Assembly: GCA_963810275.1 (NCBI GenBank)
Contig: CAWENF010000026.1
Coordinates: forward strand, 38,024-102,023
From: an uncultured archaeon
GTDB lineage: Archaea > Thermoproteota > Bathyarchaeia > Bathyarchaeales > Bathycorpusculaceae
Reading direction: 5' to 3'
DNA length: 64,000 bases
A model generated the notes under the pieces. That model was not told the origin of the DNA. It saw only the letters and a list, made by a program, of their open reading frames with translations, and made no database searches. The translations under genes were made by a program, and so were the position numbers. Below, piece by piece: positions 1-10,613 of the stretch (position 1 is its first letter; each line of letters opens with the position of its first letter).

Positions 1-1359
1 CGGTTAAGCGGTTGTCTTGTTCAGGGTTTACGGTGCGGCGGCACTCAGTGAGCTTCTGCACCCGAGCCTGGTAAGTCTCCTCACCCGGACGCACTTTGCG
101 GTAAACCACTGCACCCACGCAGACTAACGCAGATACCAACGCAGCCCAGAACGTGGGTCGGAAGGAAACCCAGACAGGGTTGTAGCTGTAGGAGAGCTGG
201 ATGGTGTTCAGTTGAGGGGCAAGGTAGTCGACGTAGCTTATGCTTTTTTCAGCAACGGTTAAGGTGTCTTGAAAAGTGCCACGGGTTAATGTGGAAGTTT
301 GGTCTAGGCTACCGACTTGGGGGACTGCTATAGATGCGCCTTCAGGCGGGTTAAAGGTGATCGTAGCGTTTTCCACTACGTACTGGAATTTGGGGAACAA
401 CTGGAAACCCGCCAAAACGTATTGGTCACCTTGCAGGGTTGCGCCGGGCAAATCATACTCCACAGTTAAAGTTGCTGATTGGTCTTTTTCCACAAAAGAA
501 GACAGGGTTATGTTTACGAGCAACACGTTGTTGTAGTTCGCTAAGTAAATGTTTAGCGGAGTGCCATATTGGTCACTAACGGCCACGTTTGACGCTTCAC
601 TGGGCACATTTAGCACAAAGGAACTCAGGGAGGAGGCGTTGCTTGTTAAAAGGTAAGTGTCCGTTGAATCCACGGCGACCAGTGGAGTAAATGGTCAACT
701 CCCGTTTTAGACTGCTTACGGTGGTGGGCTGGATTGCGCCTGAAGAGAGCTCAACCGATGCCGTGGCTGCCGTGAAAGTGTAAGCAGGCAGATTCGCCAC
801 CTCGTAGGAAGCGTCATTTATGTTGCCGTCGCTTTTAATGATGGAATATAGAGGATACAACGTCTGGGAAAGTTAAGGTGACACTGCATGCGCTTGCTTC
901 TTTTATTAGGCTTGGGTAAGCAGGGTAGTTGATGGTGTAGTTGCCGCCGCCGTTGTCAGCGACTAAATCGTTGTTTAACACGAAAGCGACAGTGAAGACG
1001 CTTGGTGCGTACCCTTCAAAGTTGACTTGGGCTCCATAGAATCCACCGCGGTCACCCAATGGCACACCCAAGTTGACTGCGTAAACGTGACTGTCATCAT
1101 AGGCTAATGCTTTTAGCACGTTGTCGCTGTACTGCAGGGGTAAACCAATCAAGAAGCCGTCTTGCGCTGGAGCTGAGAGATGGATAGTGTCGAGCACGAC
1201 GATGTTGCCTGAGTACATGACCTGGACCTGATGATCGACGCTGGTTATGCTGTAGGTGGTTGTCTGCGCATATACGGCGTTTTGGGGGGCAACGGATAAA
1301 ATGGCGAGAAAAAGTACAGCCCCAAGTAAAAACGCCACGCGTTGCTTCAAATTCTTCAC
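1..1359 (-). CDS. Secreted/membrane-anchored hypothetical protein (ribophorin-I-like architecture), frameshifted, runs off the left edge
   Basis: Signal peptide in ORF 835..1359; continues in ORF 597..860 and a further frame with a TM segment near 110-160; shifts near 855 and 600-670. Confidence 0.55.
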
Positions 1360-1574
1360 CGAGTCATGATTTCTGTGGGTTAACCTTGTTTATTTACTTT
1401 TACCGTAATCTTAAAACCGCCCAGTCCAACCAATCCAGATGACGCTGTTTGCGCTCTCTTAGTAGACACCCCTTAAAAGGGTGTTATTTTGCAGACAATG
1501 TAGCGCTTAACTCGTTAAAGTAATGTATATATGCCATTTTGCATCACTGGAATTATCGGTTTTTGGTGAAATTT

Positions 1575-2189
1575 ATGAAAAAAGTAAAAACATTTAGTTT
1601 ACCCAAACTTCCATACGATTACAACGCCCTTGCACCCCACATTTCTGAAGAACAACTTAGAATCCATCACGACAAACATCATCAAAGCTACGTCAACGGA
1701 GCCAACGCAATATTCGCAAAATTCGAAGAAGCTCGCGAAGGCAAAGTAACCCTTGACGTGAAAGCCATCTCCAAAGAGCTCTCCTTCAACATCGGCGGCC
1801 ACATGCTGCACACAACCTTCTGGGAGAACATGGCACCCGCAGGGAAAGGCGGTGGAGGTGAACCCAGAGGAGCCATTGCAGATATTATCGACACTCAGTT
1901 TGGCGGCTTTGAGAAATTCAAAAGAGCATTTTCAACAGCGGCGATGAGCACAGAAGGCTCAGGATGGGCGGCGCTTGCCGTACACCAATGTGTAGACCGC
2001 GCCTTAATTATGCAAATCGAGAAGCATAACGTCAACGTTTTCCCCGACTTCACAATCATCATGGCGCTTGACGTTTGGGAACACGCATACTACCTTGACT
2101 ACAAAAATGACCGCGCTAAATTCGTGGAGAACTTCTGGAACATCGTCAACTGGGACCAAGTCAACAAGAACTTGACCATGGTAAAATAA
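1575..2189 (+). CDS. sod: Fe/Mn superoxide dismutase
   Basis: [34 protein letters not shown] motifs; ATG at 1575. Confidence 0.97.
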   Translation: MKKVKTFSLPKLPYDYNALAPHISEEQLRIHHDKHHQSYVNGANAIFAKFEEAREGKVTLDVKAISKELSFNIGGHMLHTTFWENMAPAGKGGGGEPRGAIADIIDTQFGGFEKFKRAFSTAAMSTEGSGWAALAVHQCVDRALIMQIEKHNVNVFPDFTIIMALDVWEHAYYLDYKNDRAKFVENFWNIVNWDQVNKNLTMVK

Positions 2190-2246
2190 ACCCTGACTTT
2201 TTTAGGGTATCCCCAAAGATTCCTTTTTTAGGGAACAAAAGCCCCA

Positions 2247-2564
2247 CTATTGGGGCGGAGTGATTTTTATGGCTCCAGCAGGGCACTGGAGTTGGCAGGC
2301 TAAGCATTGAATGCAGGTGTTTTCTCTGGCTGGGTCAGCTTTGCGCTGTGACAGGGGATGCCCAGGCGTGTCAACCATGTCATAGAGCGACACAGGGCAA
2401 ACATCGGCACAGACACCGTCGCCTACACAGGAATCCCAATCCACCGCAGATGTGGTTCCGTGAATACCCAGTTGTGTTGGAGGGTCAACGGGCCCCCAAA
2501 CTTTGTGTCCGTTATGTTCAGAAACAACTTTGCGTTTATCCATAAAATCAGGGTCAATCGGCAA
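2247..2564 (-). CDS. zfx: Zinc-containing dicluster ferredoxin (Sulfolobus Zfx type)
   Basis: N-terminal EHNGHKVWGPV..LGIHGT extension; CVGDGVCADVCP and CIQCLACQLQCP motifs; RKADP. Confidence 0.85.
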   Translation of the reverse strand: MPIDPDFMDKRKVVSEHNGHKVWGPVDPPTQLGIHGTTSAVDWDSCVGDGVCADVCPVSLYDMVDTPGHPLSQRKADPARENTCIQCLACQLQCPAGAIKITPPQ

Positions 2565-2656
2565 AACAAGTCACCAAAGTAACGTGAGTTATGCTGGCAT
2601 ATAGGTGTTTCCACAAAGCATTTTGGCAAGTTGTAGCAACAATTCTAGCGGTGTTT

Positions 2657-3433
2657 ATGCCTAACTATTATCTGCCAGCTGGCATGAGGTTTTCTACATT
2701 AGGGGAACGCAGAGAATTCTACACAGAAGAGTTCAACCTCAAAACAGCGTCCGACTGGTTCAGCCAAGGTTTGGGTAATACCCGCTTTGCCGTCATAATG
2801 GGTAGGCACACCAAAATCGTGCAAAAAAAGTACCGTGAAGACGCTGGGACCACCATCATAATTGACGATTACAAAGACATGACAGACGTTAAGGCGGAGG
2901 TGCTGGAGTTTTTGCCTGAGGCCGTTTACTATGACCGCACACTCTACGGCGGCAGCGGCGAAGTGCTCGGGCAAGAACTTGCGTTTGATTTAGACCCTGA
3001 AAACGTCACCTGTCCAGTCCACGGCACCCTCGCTGACAAGATGAAGCGACATCAGGGACTGAGCTTCTGCGAAATTGAGTTAAGTATTGTGCAGAAGGAG
3101 GCTGTAGGGCTCTATGAGTACCTCGCCAAACAGTACTCCAACCTGAAAGTAACCTATTCGGGCAGGGGCTTTCACATCCACGTCTTTGACAAAGACGCTT
3201 ACAACCTAACCATACAAGAACGCACCGCAGTGGCTAAGGAAGTTAAATCGGCAGGGTTCCAAATCGATGAGTGGGTCACCACAGGCGAATACCGCCTCAT
3301 CCGCTTACCCTACAGCCTCAATGGGCTGGTGTCTCGAATAGTGTTGCCGCTAAAAAAAGAAGAACTGGAAGGCTTTGACGCCGTTCACGACCCACGGTGC
3401 ATTCCCAAATTTTTGGGCACAGCTACTTTTTGA
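2657..3433 (+). CDS. Archaeo-eukaryotic primase small-subunit (PriS) family protein
   Basis: ELAFDLD, YSGRGFHIHV, RLIRLPYSLN motifs; CPVH..C zinc site. Confidence 0.8.
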   Translation: MPNYYLPAGMRFSTLGERREFYTEEFNLKTASDWFSQGLGNTRFAVIMGRHTKIVQKKYREDAGTTIIIDDYKDMTDVKAEVLEFLPEAVYYDRTLYGGSGEVLGQELAFDLDPENVTCPVHGTLADKMKRHQGLSFCEIELSIVQKEAVGLYEYLAKQYSNLKVTYSGRGFHIHVFDKDAYNLTIQERTAVAKEVKSAGFQIDEWVTTGEYRLIRLPYSLNGLVSRIVLPLKKEELEGFDAVHDPRCIPKFLGTATF

Positions 3434-3642
3434 CTTCTGTAGCTTTCTTTTCGCCTTTCCCATAATAGTAGGCTTGTTTCTTTTTCTGCTCTTCAGCCGA
3501 AGGTTTCTTAGCCAAAACAATCATCCCCAGGAAACTATTGAAAAACTGCCCTTAAAGACTTTTTTAATTAAAGCGCTTGCAATTGAAAGGTTTATCTGCA
3601 CTGAAATCTCCACCTTAATGTGTATACTTAAAGGTGACTTTT

Positions 3643-5037
3643 ATGGTTGAAGAATTCGACGTTATAGTTATCGGCTCAGGCTCAGGAATGCTTGTGGCTT
3701 CAGCAGCAGTCGAATCTGGGTACAGAGTGGCGCTTGTTGAAAATGGAAAAATGGGCGGTACCTGCATAAACGTAGGTTGCGTGCCCAGCAAGATGCTGAT
3801 TTACCCCGCGGACGTAACCCAGACCATAGCTGAAGGACAAAAAATCGGAATCAGCGCCTCTGTTAACAGCGTGGATTTCCAGTCCATCATGCGTCGTATG
3901 CACAACCTCGTTGAGCATGATACAGGGATGCAAGCCAGAGGAGTCGAAGCCACCGAAGAGATGACGTGGTTTAAGGAAAACGGAGAGTTCATCTCGGATT
4001 ACACCATGCAAATCGGCAGCCGAACCATAAAAGCCAAAACCATCTTTATCGCGTCAGGCGCGCGCCCCTCAGTTCCACCTATTAAAGGCATAGAGAGCGT
4101 TAGGTATGTTACAAGCGACACTGTGCTGGAACTTCAAACCCAGCCAAAGAGCATTGTGATTGTGGGCGGCGGCTACATCGGCATGGAGTACGGTCACTTC
4201 TTCAGCGGAATAGGCACCAAAACCATCGTAATCCAGCGTTCTGGGCGTCTACTGCCCGAGGAGGAACCGGAAGTCTCTGAGTTGCTCAAGTCGGAGGTGG
4301 AGAAGAGGATGGAGATTTACCTCAACACTGACGCCGTCGAGACAAGACAGGAAGGCAACAAAGTTGTGTTGGTCACCAAAAACCGCTTGGACGGCACCGA
4401 GAAAACCTTCACGGCGGACACTTTGATGATTGCAACGGGCAGAACCCCAAATGCAGCCAGTTTACACCCAGAGAAGACAGGTGTCAAACTCGATCCCCGA
4501 GGCTTCGTTGTCGTGGATGACTATTTGGAAACTAGCAAAAAACACATTTACGCTTTCGGGGACGTCATCGGCAAGCAGATGTTTAAGCATGCAGCCAACT
4601 ATGAGGCAGGGGTCGTCTGGCACAACTTCTCTAACGACAATCATAAGGTCAAAATGAATTTCTCCGCGACGCCGCATGCAGTGTTTACGCATCCCCAAAT
4701 CGCCGCTGTGGGACTTAAAGAGGAGGAGGCAAAACAGTACCACAACGTGCTTGTGGGCAGAGCGGAATACAAGGATACAGCGATGGGTGCTGCCATGGGG
4801 GAACTCGAGGGCTTCGTGAAAGTCCTCGTCGAGAAAGAGACAGGCAAAATTTTGGGTGCACATATCATTGGACCCGAAGCTGCAGTGGTTATCCAAGAAG
4901 TCACAAACGCTATGGCGTCGGGCAACGGCGACTACGGCCCAATCGCACGTGGCATGCATATCCACCCGGCGCTAAATGAGGTCGTGCAGAACGCCTTTGG
5001 CAACCTTCACGAGCACAGTCACGAACATGAGCATTAA
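3643..5037 (+). CDS. lpdA: Class I pyridine nucleotide-disulfide oxidoreductase (dihydrolipoyl dehydrogenase family)
   Basis: GSGSG FAD motif, GGTCINVGCVPSK, GGGYIG, HIHPALNE; His-rich C-terminal tail. Confidence 0.8.
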   Translation: MVEEFDVIVIGSGSGMLVASAAVESGYRVALVENGKMGGTCINVGCVPSKMLIYPADVTQTIAEGQKIGISASVNSVDFQSIMRRMHNLVEHDTGMQARGVEATEEMTWFKENGEFISDYTMQIGSRTIKAKTIFIASGARPSVPPIKGIESVRYVTSDTVLELQTQPKSIVIVGGGYIGMEYGHFFSGIGTKTIVIQRSGRLLPEEEPEVSELLKSEVEKRMEIYLNTDAVETRQEGNKVVLVTKNRLDGTEKTFTADTLMIATGRTPNAASLHPEKTGVKLDPRGFVVVDDYLETSKKHIYAFGDVIGKQMFKHAANYEAGVVWHNFSNDNHKVKMNFSATPHAVFTHPQIAAVGLKEEEAKQYHNVLVGRAEYKDTAMGAAMGELEGFVKVLVEKETGKILGAHIIGPEAAVVIQEVTNAMASGNGDYGPIARGMHIHPALNEVVQNAFGNLHEHSHEHEH

Positions 5038-5276
5038 CTGTTTTGTGGGTTATTAGCCAAAACTTAACTTAGCGCCAACACACAGTCGAGCTGTTCCATG
5101 CACCTTGTGGTAAGAATACCTCTGCCACACCTCGTCAAGCACGGGGACCGATCTGAAAACAAAAAGTAGTTGCAAACAGCCGTAGTCTTGTGGCCGGAAT
5201 TACCATACCTACATAAAGAGGTAACTAAACAGTTATATTCGCCCATTGCCCAAAATTCTAGCTGGAGAGTTTTTTA

Positions 5277-5561
5277 ATGCAGTTTTCAAAGGTTTCTGGA
5301 AAGAACAACAGCCACAAAGTAACCCTCTACGCCTTAAGCACCTGTGTCTGGTGCAAAATGACTAAACAGTTTCTAAATGATAACGGCGTAGAATACGAGT
5401 ATGTAGATGTCGACCTGCTGAACGCAGACGACAAAGGCAAAGCACACGAAGCCATCCTAAGCAAGGGCAGCAACTTAAGCTACCCCACAGTCATCGTGGA
5501 CGACAAAAAAGTCATAGCGGGCTTTCGAAAAGACCAGCTTAAAGAGGCGCTGGGTGTTTGA
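5277..5561 (+). CDS. Glutaredoxin/NrdH-like protein
   Basis: LSTCVWCK motif, SYPTV cis-Pro loop. Confidence 0.9.
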   Translation: MQFSKVSGKNNSHKVTLYALSTCVWCKMTKQFLNDNGVEYEYVDVDLLNADDKGKAHEAILSKGSNLSYPTVIVDDKKVIAGFRKDQLKEALGV

Positions 5562-6112
5562 GCCAGCAAGTAACAATCGACAAAGTGCGCAGACGCGCCG
5601 AAGCAGACGCAAAAACCAACGGCATCTATCTAACCCCACAGCCAGAACTTTTACAGATGTTTCTGGAAGGGCTCAAAACCAACGAGGACCGCTATGGCTA
5701 CCCCGTTTGCCCTTGTCGACTAGGAACTGGTAACCTCGATTTAGACCGAGATATCATCTGTCCCTGTGACTACCGCGACCCCGACGTAGCCCAGTACGGC
5801 GCGTGCTACTGCCGTCTCTACGTCAACAAAGCGGTGTATGAAAGTAAAAACCTCCCCGAAGTTCCCGAGCGTCGCCCTAAAGAGAAAATGGAGCGCGCCT
5901 ACGGAATCCCCTCATCCAGCACAGAAAAAGAAGCTTCAGCGGAGCAGGCTACGCAACCCACCAAACCGGCTACGCCCAAAAAGAAGCTGTGGTACTGCAA
6001 ACAATGCGGATACGTCGTTTTCCGTGAAGACCCGCCTTATGTTTGTCCTATTTGTAAAGCAAAACGAGAGATGTTTGCGGAAATCGACGCTAAAGTAGAC
6101 TTTTACGGTTAG
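5558..6112 (+). CDS. Ferredoxin:thioredoxin reductase catalytic domain fused to a C-terminal rubredoxin (FDR-like)
   Basis: CPCR, CPC, CYC motifs plus CKQC..CPIC; TTG start overlaps the glutaredoxin stop. Confidence 0.9.
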   Translation: MSQQVTIDKVRRRAEADAKTNGIYLTPQPELLQMFLEGLKTNEDRYGYPVCPCRLGTGNLDLDRDIICPCDYRDPDVAQYGACYCRLYVNKAVYESKNLPEVPERRPKEKMERAYGIPSSSTEKEASAEQATQPTKPATPKKKLWYCKQCGYVVFREDPPYVCPICKAKREMFAEIDAKVDFYG

Positions 6113-6260
6113 ACTTCTCTATTTGCACGTCTACTTTTTTCCAGTCCCCACCTATGCCGTGCCGCGTACTCACTGCTCCAGCATGGGTCGAGTCCAGGAT
6201 GCTTTCAACAAAATTATCTATGGGAGTCGCTTTATCGTTAACTTTCACCTTTTTACCCAT
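6090..6260 (-). CDS. Small hypothetical protein resembling a MobB C-terminal-like domain, possibly degenerate
   Basis: KVKVNDKATPIDNFVESILDSTHAGAVST pattern; ATG at 6260. Confidence 0.35.
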   Translation of the reverse strand: MGKKVKVNDKATPIDNFVESILDSTHAGAVSTRHGIGGDWKKVDVQIEKSNRKSLL

Positions 6261-6365
6261 CAAGTCCTCCGCCTTAGCCACCCTAATTGGCAGAAGCGAC
6301 ATAAAAGGTTGACCCAAAAAAAGGAAAAGTTTTTTCTAAACTAAAATTGGGGAGAATGCGCCTTT

Positions 6366-6500
6366 TTAGGCGTAAGTTAGGTTATTATTCCTCATGTGAT
6401 CGTCAGCGTGCATTGCCCTTCTATCCAACGTGTACTTGGCAAATGCAACTGTGAGTGAAGCAATGCCGAAAACCTCAATGGCCAAAGCGGCTATGTCCAT
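6366..6500 (-). CDS. Small protein (44 aa) with a hydrophobic N-terminal segment
   Basis: MDIAALAIEVFGIASLTVAFAKYTLDRR..; AGGTGA RBS upstream; below the ORF-track cut-off. Confidence 0.5.
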   Translation of the reverse strand: MDIAALAIEVFGIASLTVAFAKYTLDRRAMHADDHMRNNNLTYA

Positions 6501-6506
6501 GCTTCA

Positions 6507-6644
6507 TCACCTGCTCGCTACTCCGTGGTAGTTGTGATTTAGGCATGTGCATTCTACGTTTACTTTCTTCGGTAAACAGGTCTCGGATGCGAATGGTCCT
6601 GCCAGGGCAGTGACGCCTAAACCTACTAACGTTGTGTTTGTCAT
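6507..6644 (-). CDS. Small protein (45 aa) with three Cys
   Basis: MTNTTLVGLGVTALAGPFASETCLPKKVNVECTCLNHNYHGVASR; AGGTGA RBS and AT-rich promoter region upstream. Confidence 0.45.
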   Translation of the reverse strand: MTNTTLVGLGVTALAGPFASETCLPKKVNVECTCLNHNYHGVASR

Positions 6645-6768
6645 TTGTTTTCACCTTTTCAGGTATATTCTATATTTGTTTAATAAAATATAAATGTAGT
6701 TAAGATTTGTTCATAACTTTTAATATAAACCAAACAAAAATATAGAGAAGAAAAGACCCATCTGACAG

Positions 6769-7326
6769 TTAGACTCTTGAACCGCTCGGCTTTAAAATAA
6801 CCCGCAGCTTAGTGAGGTTCTCCTTAATCTCCACCTTAACACCCATCGCAGAGAAATACTCCTCCAAAAAGATGCGGATAAAATCCTTAGAAACCTCCGA
6901 AACCAACACCAACGTATAATCGTTAGATCCGTTGCGAATAAGACGGTAAAAGTTGCAGGATTCAAGTCGCGTTAACATATCCTCAGTAGTATGCACCTTG
7001 CCTTTAAGCTGCTCCCAATGTGCCCGCGCAAATTCTCGATGCTCCTTCCAGAACGCTTCTTTCATAGGCGAAGTTTCGATTAAACGTAGAAACATAAGCC
7101 AATGATCAACGTCCACAATAACGTGTTCACCGCTAAGCAACATATCCATGTAGGCACGAATTTTCTTTTTAATTTGAGGGTCTTCTTGAACCCTGTTTTC
7201 ACTGTAGAACTTCAGGGCACGACGCATGATTTCACTCTGCGATGCGTCCGCTTCAGTGCTGATTTTTTCCAGCAAATCCGCCGTATTTTTGTCGAATGCT
7301 ACAGTGATTCTAGTCGGGTTTGGCAT
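6769..7326 (-). CDS. CopG/ribbon-helix-helix transcriptional regulator with a C-terminal domain
   Basis: RITVAFD..SQSEIMRRAL RHH signature. Confidence 0.85.
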   Translation of the reverse strand: MPNPTRITVAFDKNTADLLEKISTEADASQSEIMRRALKFYSENRVQEDPQIKKKIRAYMDMLLSGEHVIVDVDHWLMFLRLIETSPMKEAFWKEHREFARAHWEQLKGKVHTTEDMLTRLESCNFYRLIRNGSNDYTLVLVSEVSKDFIRIFLEEYFSAMGVKVEIKENLTKLRVILKPSGSRV

Positions 7327-7537
7327 GGGGTTTCACTACGAAATGTTGACACACATGCATTTTAACCTAAATTATTTAAACATTACGCCGAAGAATAAGT
7401 ATTTAGCTTTGCAATTTTCGAATAGATAACCCCATTAGCTAGACACATGTTTAACAAGTATACGGGTTAAGGGAAAAGCTTTTTTTACCAACACCAACCT
7501 AACATACTAGCGATTCGTTTTGCTGGAGAAACAGGCA

Positions 7538-8197
7538 GTGAAAACACCGATAGTTTATCTAGAACCAAAGCAGAGAGCCGCAAAAGTAGTAGAAATACTC
7601 GAAAAACAATACCCCCACGCCAAAACTGCATTGCACTTCAATACACCCCTAGAGCTGCTGATCGCTACCATGCTCTCCGCACAGACAACCGACGTACGCG
7701 TCAACATGGTTACCCAGGCACTATTTAAAAAATATAAGACCGCCGAAGACTACGTCAAAGTCAGCACCCAAGAACTCGAATCTGACATACGTAGCACAGG
7801 TTTCTACCACAACAAAGCCCGAAACCTCAAAAAATGCTGCCAGCTCCTCGTAGAAAAATTCCATGGTCAAGTCCCCAAAACCATGAGTGAACTTGTCGAG
7901 CTGCCCGGCGTGGCACGCAAAACAGCAAACATTGTGCTCTACAATGCCTATGGGATCACCGCAGGAATAGCCGTGGATACGCATGTTCTTCGTTTGTCTA
8001 AAAGGCTGGGGCTTACGGCTAACAATGACCAAAACAAAGTCGAGCAGGACCTCATGGCTATCGTCCCCAAAGACAAATGGATGCCCCTTACAGACCTGCT
8101 GATTTTTCATGGCAGAAAAATCTGCGACGCAAAGAAACCGCGCTGCGATATCTGTGTGCTTAACCAGATTTGTCCCAGCGCCTTCACGTTTGCCTAG
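7538..8197 (+). CDS. nth: Endonuclease III
   Basis: LSAQTTD, Hh[18 protein letters not shown]-x6-C-x2-C-x5-C Fe-S motif; start uncertain (7520 or 7538). Confidence 0.96.
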   Translation: MKTPIVYLEPKQRAAKVVEILEKQYPHAKTALHFNTPLELLIATMLSAQTTDVRVNMVTQALFKKYKTAEDYVKVSTQELESDIRSTGFYHNKARNLKKCCQLLVEKFHGQVPKTMSELVELPGVARKTANIVLYNAYGITAGIAVDTHVLRLSKRLGLTANNDQNKVEQDLMAIVPKDKWMPLTDLLIFHGRKICDAKKPRCDICVLNQICPSAFTFA

Positions 8198-8249
8198 TCA
8201 GCAACCGTTAAAAGTAGCATATAACTTCTTTTCTGTGAGGCTAAATTTT

Positions 8250-8726
8250 ATGGTAAACGTTAAAGTTGGAGATAAAGCACCTGATTTCACCTTGACAGAT
8301 GTTGATATGAAAATCCGCAGTCTACATGAGTTTTTGGGTAAAAAAGTTGTTTTAGCATTTTTTGTTGGCGCATTCACTAAAACCTGCACGATGGAGGTTT
8401 GTGCTTTCCGTGATTCAATGGCGTACCTGACTGACTTGGATGCACAGGTGATCGGAGTAAGCGTTAACGACCCGTTTAGTAACAAGGCGTTTGCAAAAGA
8501 AAACTATTTGCCGTATCCAATTCTTAGCGACTACAATCGAGAAGTAATAAGAATGTACGGTTTGGAGAAAACGGACTATTCAGGGTTACACGGTTACAGC
8601 GTTGCTAAACGCTCAATCATTATTGTTGACCGCCAAGGCATAATCCGTTACATGTGGGTCTCCGACAATCTCGAAGTGGAACCTAACTATAACGAAATAA
8701 AAGATTCGCTAGAACAAATCCCCTAA
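8250..8726 (+). CDS. Peroxiredoxin (AhpC/TSA, BCP-like)
   Basis: [31 protein letters not shown]. Confidence 0.9.
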   Translation: MVNVKVGDKAPDFTLTDVDMKIRSLHEFLGKKVVLAFFVGAFTKTCTMEVCAFRDSMAYLTDLDAQVIGVSVNDPFSNKAFAKENYLPYPILSDYNREVIRMYGLEKTDYSGLHGYSVAKRSIIIVDRQGIIRYMWVSDNLEVEPNYNEIKDSLEQIP

Positions 8727-9400
8727 CTCTATACGAATTAACACGTTCCTTCTGCTGTGTAAATGCAGGTTTGCAGCTGGTTATCTTTAATACGACTACC
8801 AGAATGATTAAAACAGCAATTAAACCGCTTATTAACGGAAAAGTCAATTCTGCGACGAGAAGAAACATCGGGGATTGGATTCAGTTATCGACGGCGATAT
8901 CCAAATGTGGCATTTGAACTTTTTTGTTGGGGATACTGTGCCGTCTTTTGCTAAAAGATAGAGTTCAAAGCCTTGCTGGTTTGGTGTGATTGGGTTGCTG
9001 ATGTTTAGTCAGACATGCCAATAGGCGAGCGGAATGATAGCCAATGAAAGCGCTATCTAAGTAAACCACATGGACGCCTGATAAATTGAAGCCTGTTTCC
9101 CGAAGTAGCGACTATTCCATAAATTAGTGTTGTATGTAAAGTCTTGAACGTATTCAGAGGCGGTAATTGCTTGTTCCTCTGAGAGGTTATTGGTGGTGTC
9201 GCCGATTTGCTAATTAATACGGAAGTCACGGAATAAAATATGGCTGACTTCTTAGAGCATAAGTTAAGCTAACACCAGTATACTCGACACCATTGTGAAA
9301 GTTAATGATGTATTCGTTGCTGGAATTGCTATAAAAGTGCGGGTCATAGTTGAGTTGAAAATCATTTAGCCTCCAGAGGTGGTGCGCTTTGAGAGCGGGT
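8720..9400 (-). pseudogene. Degraded remnant of a secreted/membrane-anchored protein
   Basis: Protein-like segments (FHNGVEYTGVSLTY, IGDTTNNLSEEQAI) broken by stops and shifts, ending in the TM-like ORF 8683..8868. Confidence 0.35.
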
Positions 9401-9743
9401 TACAGTCCAGTGGCTCATATCGAGCCCAATACGTCGCCTAAGAAAGACACAAGTTTTTCGGTAAACATATCGGTAGGTGGTTGCGCTTGGCACCTCGAAA
9501 AAACAAAGGGAATAAGTATCAAAGTCGCAAGCATAATCATCAACGGTTTGGCTGCTTAAGTTGATATGAGCCTCATGGGTGCTGTCCTAAGCACAACTGT
9601 CTTTATGGGTTTACATTCAAGTTTTAGCCGAATCTAAACTGAGCCTGACTAATGGTGGTTGCTGGAATCTCATTTTGGGGTAACAAAAGTTATTAGCTCC
9701 TATTGGTGATAAGTGAGTGTTATTTGCATGGTGACCTGCTGCA

Positions 9744-10613
9744 GTGTCTTTTGAAATCCAAGAGTTACCCGACGTCATCAGAGTTATTGTTTTACTCACC
9801 CTGAAAAAAGGGAATAAAGTCAAAAAAACAACCCTCAAAAACCGCCTAGATAAAGTCTGCTCTAGCTATGCCTGCATCGAAATCGGCGAGCTCGATAAGG
9901 CACTAAAAGAGATGGCGGCTGAGGGCATAATCACCCTTAAAGATGACGATTTGGTGCAGTTGACCGCTCAGGGTGTGCGGTTAGGTAAGGAATGGGAAAG
10001 CCTGTTGCTTAAAAAAGAACCTATAATGGAAGTCGTCGCGGGTCTCGTGGATGGATCCGTCACCAGTCTAGTCGTTATTCTATCAGCGTTTATCGGCACC
10101 CTCACTGCTAACGCCATATTTTCAAACCCTGACCTCGTGATTTTCTCTGCTTTTTTAACATTAAGCGCTGTTGCCATCACAAACTTTTCCAGTTTCCTCT
10201 TAGGCGGCATCACTGAAGACCTAAACGACATCATGACGCTTCAGAACTTGATGAACTACAGCCTAAGCGATATTCCCGACAAGAAAGAACGCGACAAGTC
10301 CCTTCTGCTTGTGCATAAGCTTTTTACGGTGCTGGGTAAAGAGATTCACCGCTCTAACCTCTACGCGGCGATTATCTGCGGAGTCACAACTTTCATAGCA
10401 GGCATCATTCCTATAGCAACTTATCTGGCACTGGCGCCTTTTGCTCCGCTAAACATTGTTGTTTCACTTGTAGAAGTGGTTGCCATTTCAGGGATTTTCC
10501 TTGTGCGTTACCGTTCGAAGAAGACCAGAGTGAGCTGGAAAATCACGTTGGCTGAAACTTTAACGATTGTGATTGTGGCTGCGATTGTTTCACTACTGCT
10601 GGGCGCCGCTTAA
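9744..10613 (+). CDS. Winged-helix domain fused to a VIT1/CCC1-like membrane domain
   Basis: wHTH-like N-terminus (ELDKALKEMAAEGII..VQLTAQG); EVVAGLVDGSVTSL matches VIT1 TM1; about 5 TM segments. Confidence 0.65.
   Translation: MSFEIQELPDVIRVIVLLTLKKGNKVKKTTLKNRLDKVCSSYACIEIGELDKALKEMAAEGIITLKDDDLVQLTAQGVRLGKEWESLLLKKEPIMEVVAGLVDGSVTSLVVILSAFIGTLTANAIFSNPDLVIFSAFLTLSAVAITNFSSFLLGGITEDLNDIMTLQNLMNYSLSDIPDKKERDKSLLLVHKLFTVLGKEIHRSNLYAAIICGVTTFIAGIIPIATYLALAPFAPLNIVVSLVEVVAISGIFLVRYRSKKTRVSWKITLAETLTIVIVAAIVSLLLGAA

Noticed and set aside
2657-3433. Primase as a marker of a provirus or plasmid
   Set aside because: No integrase, helicase or att-like repeats; the neighbours are housekeeping genes
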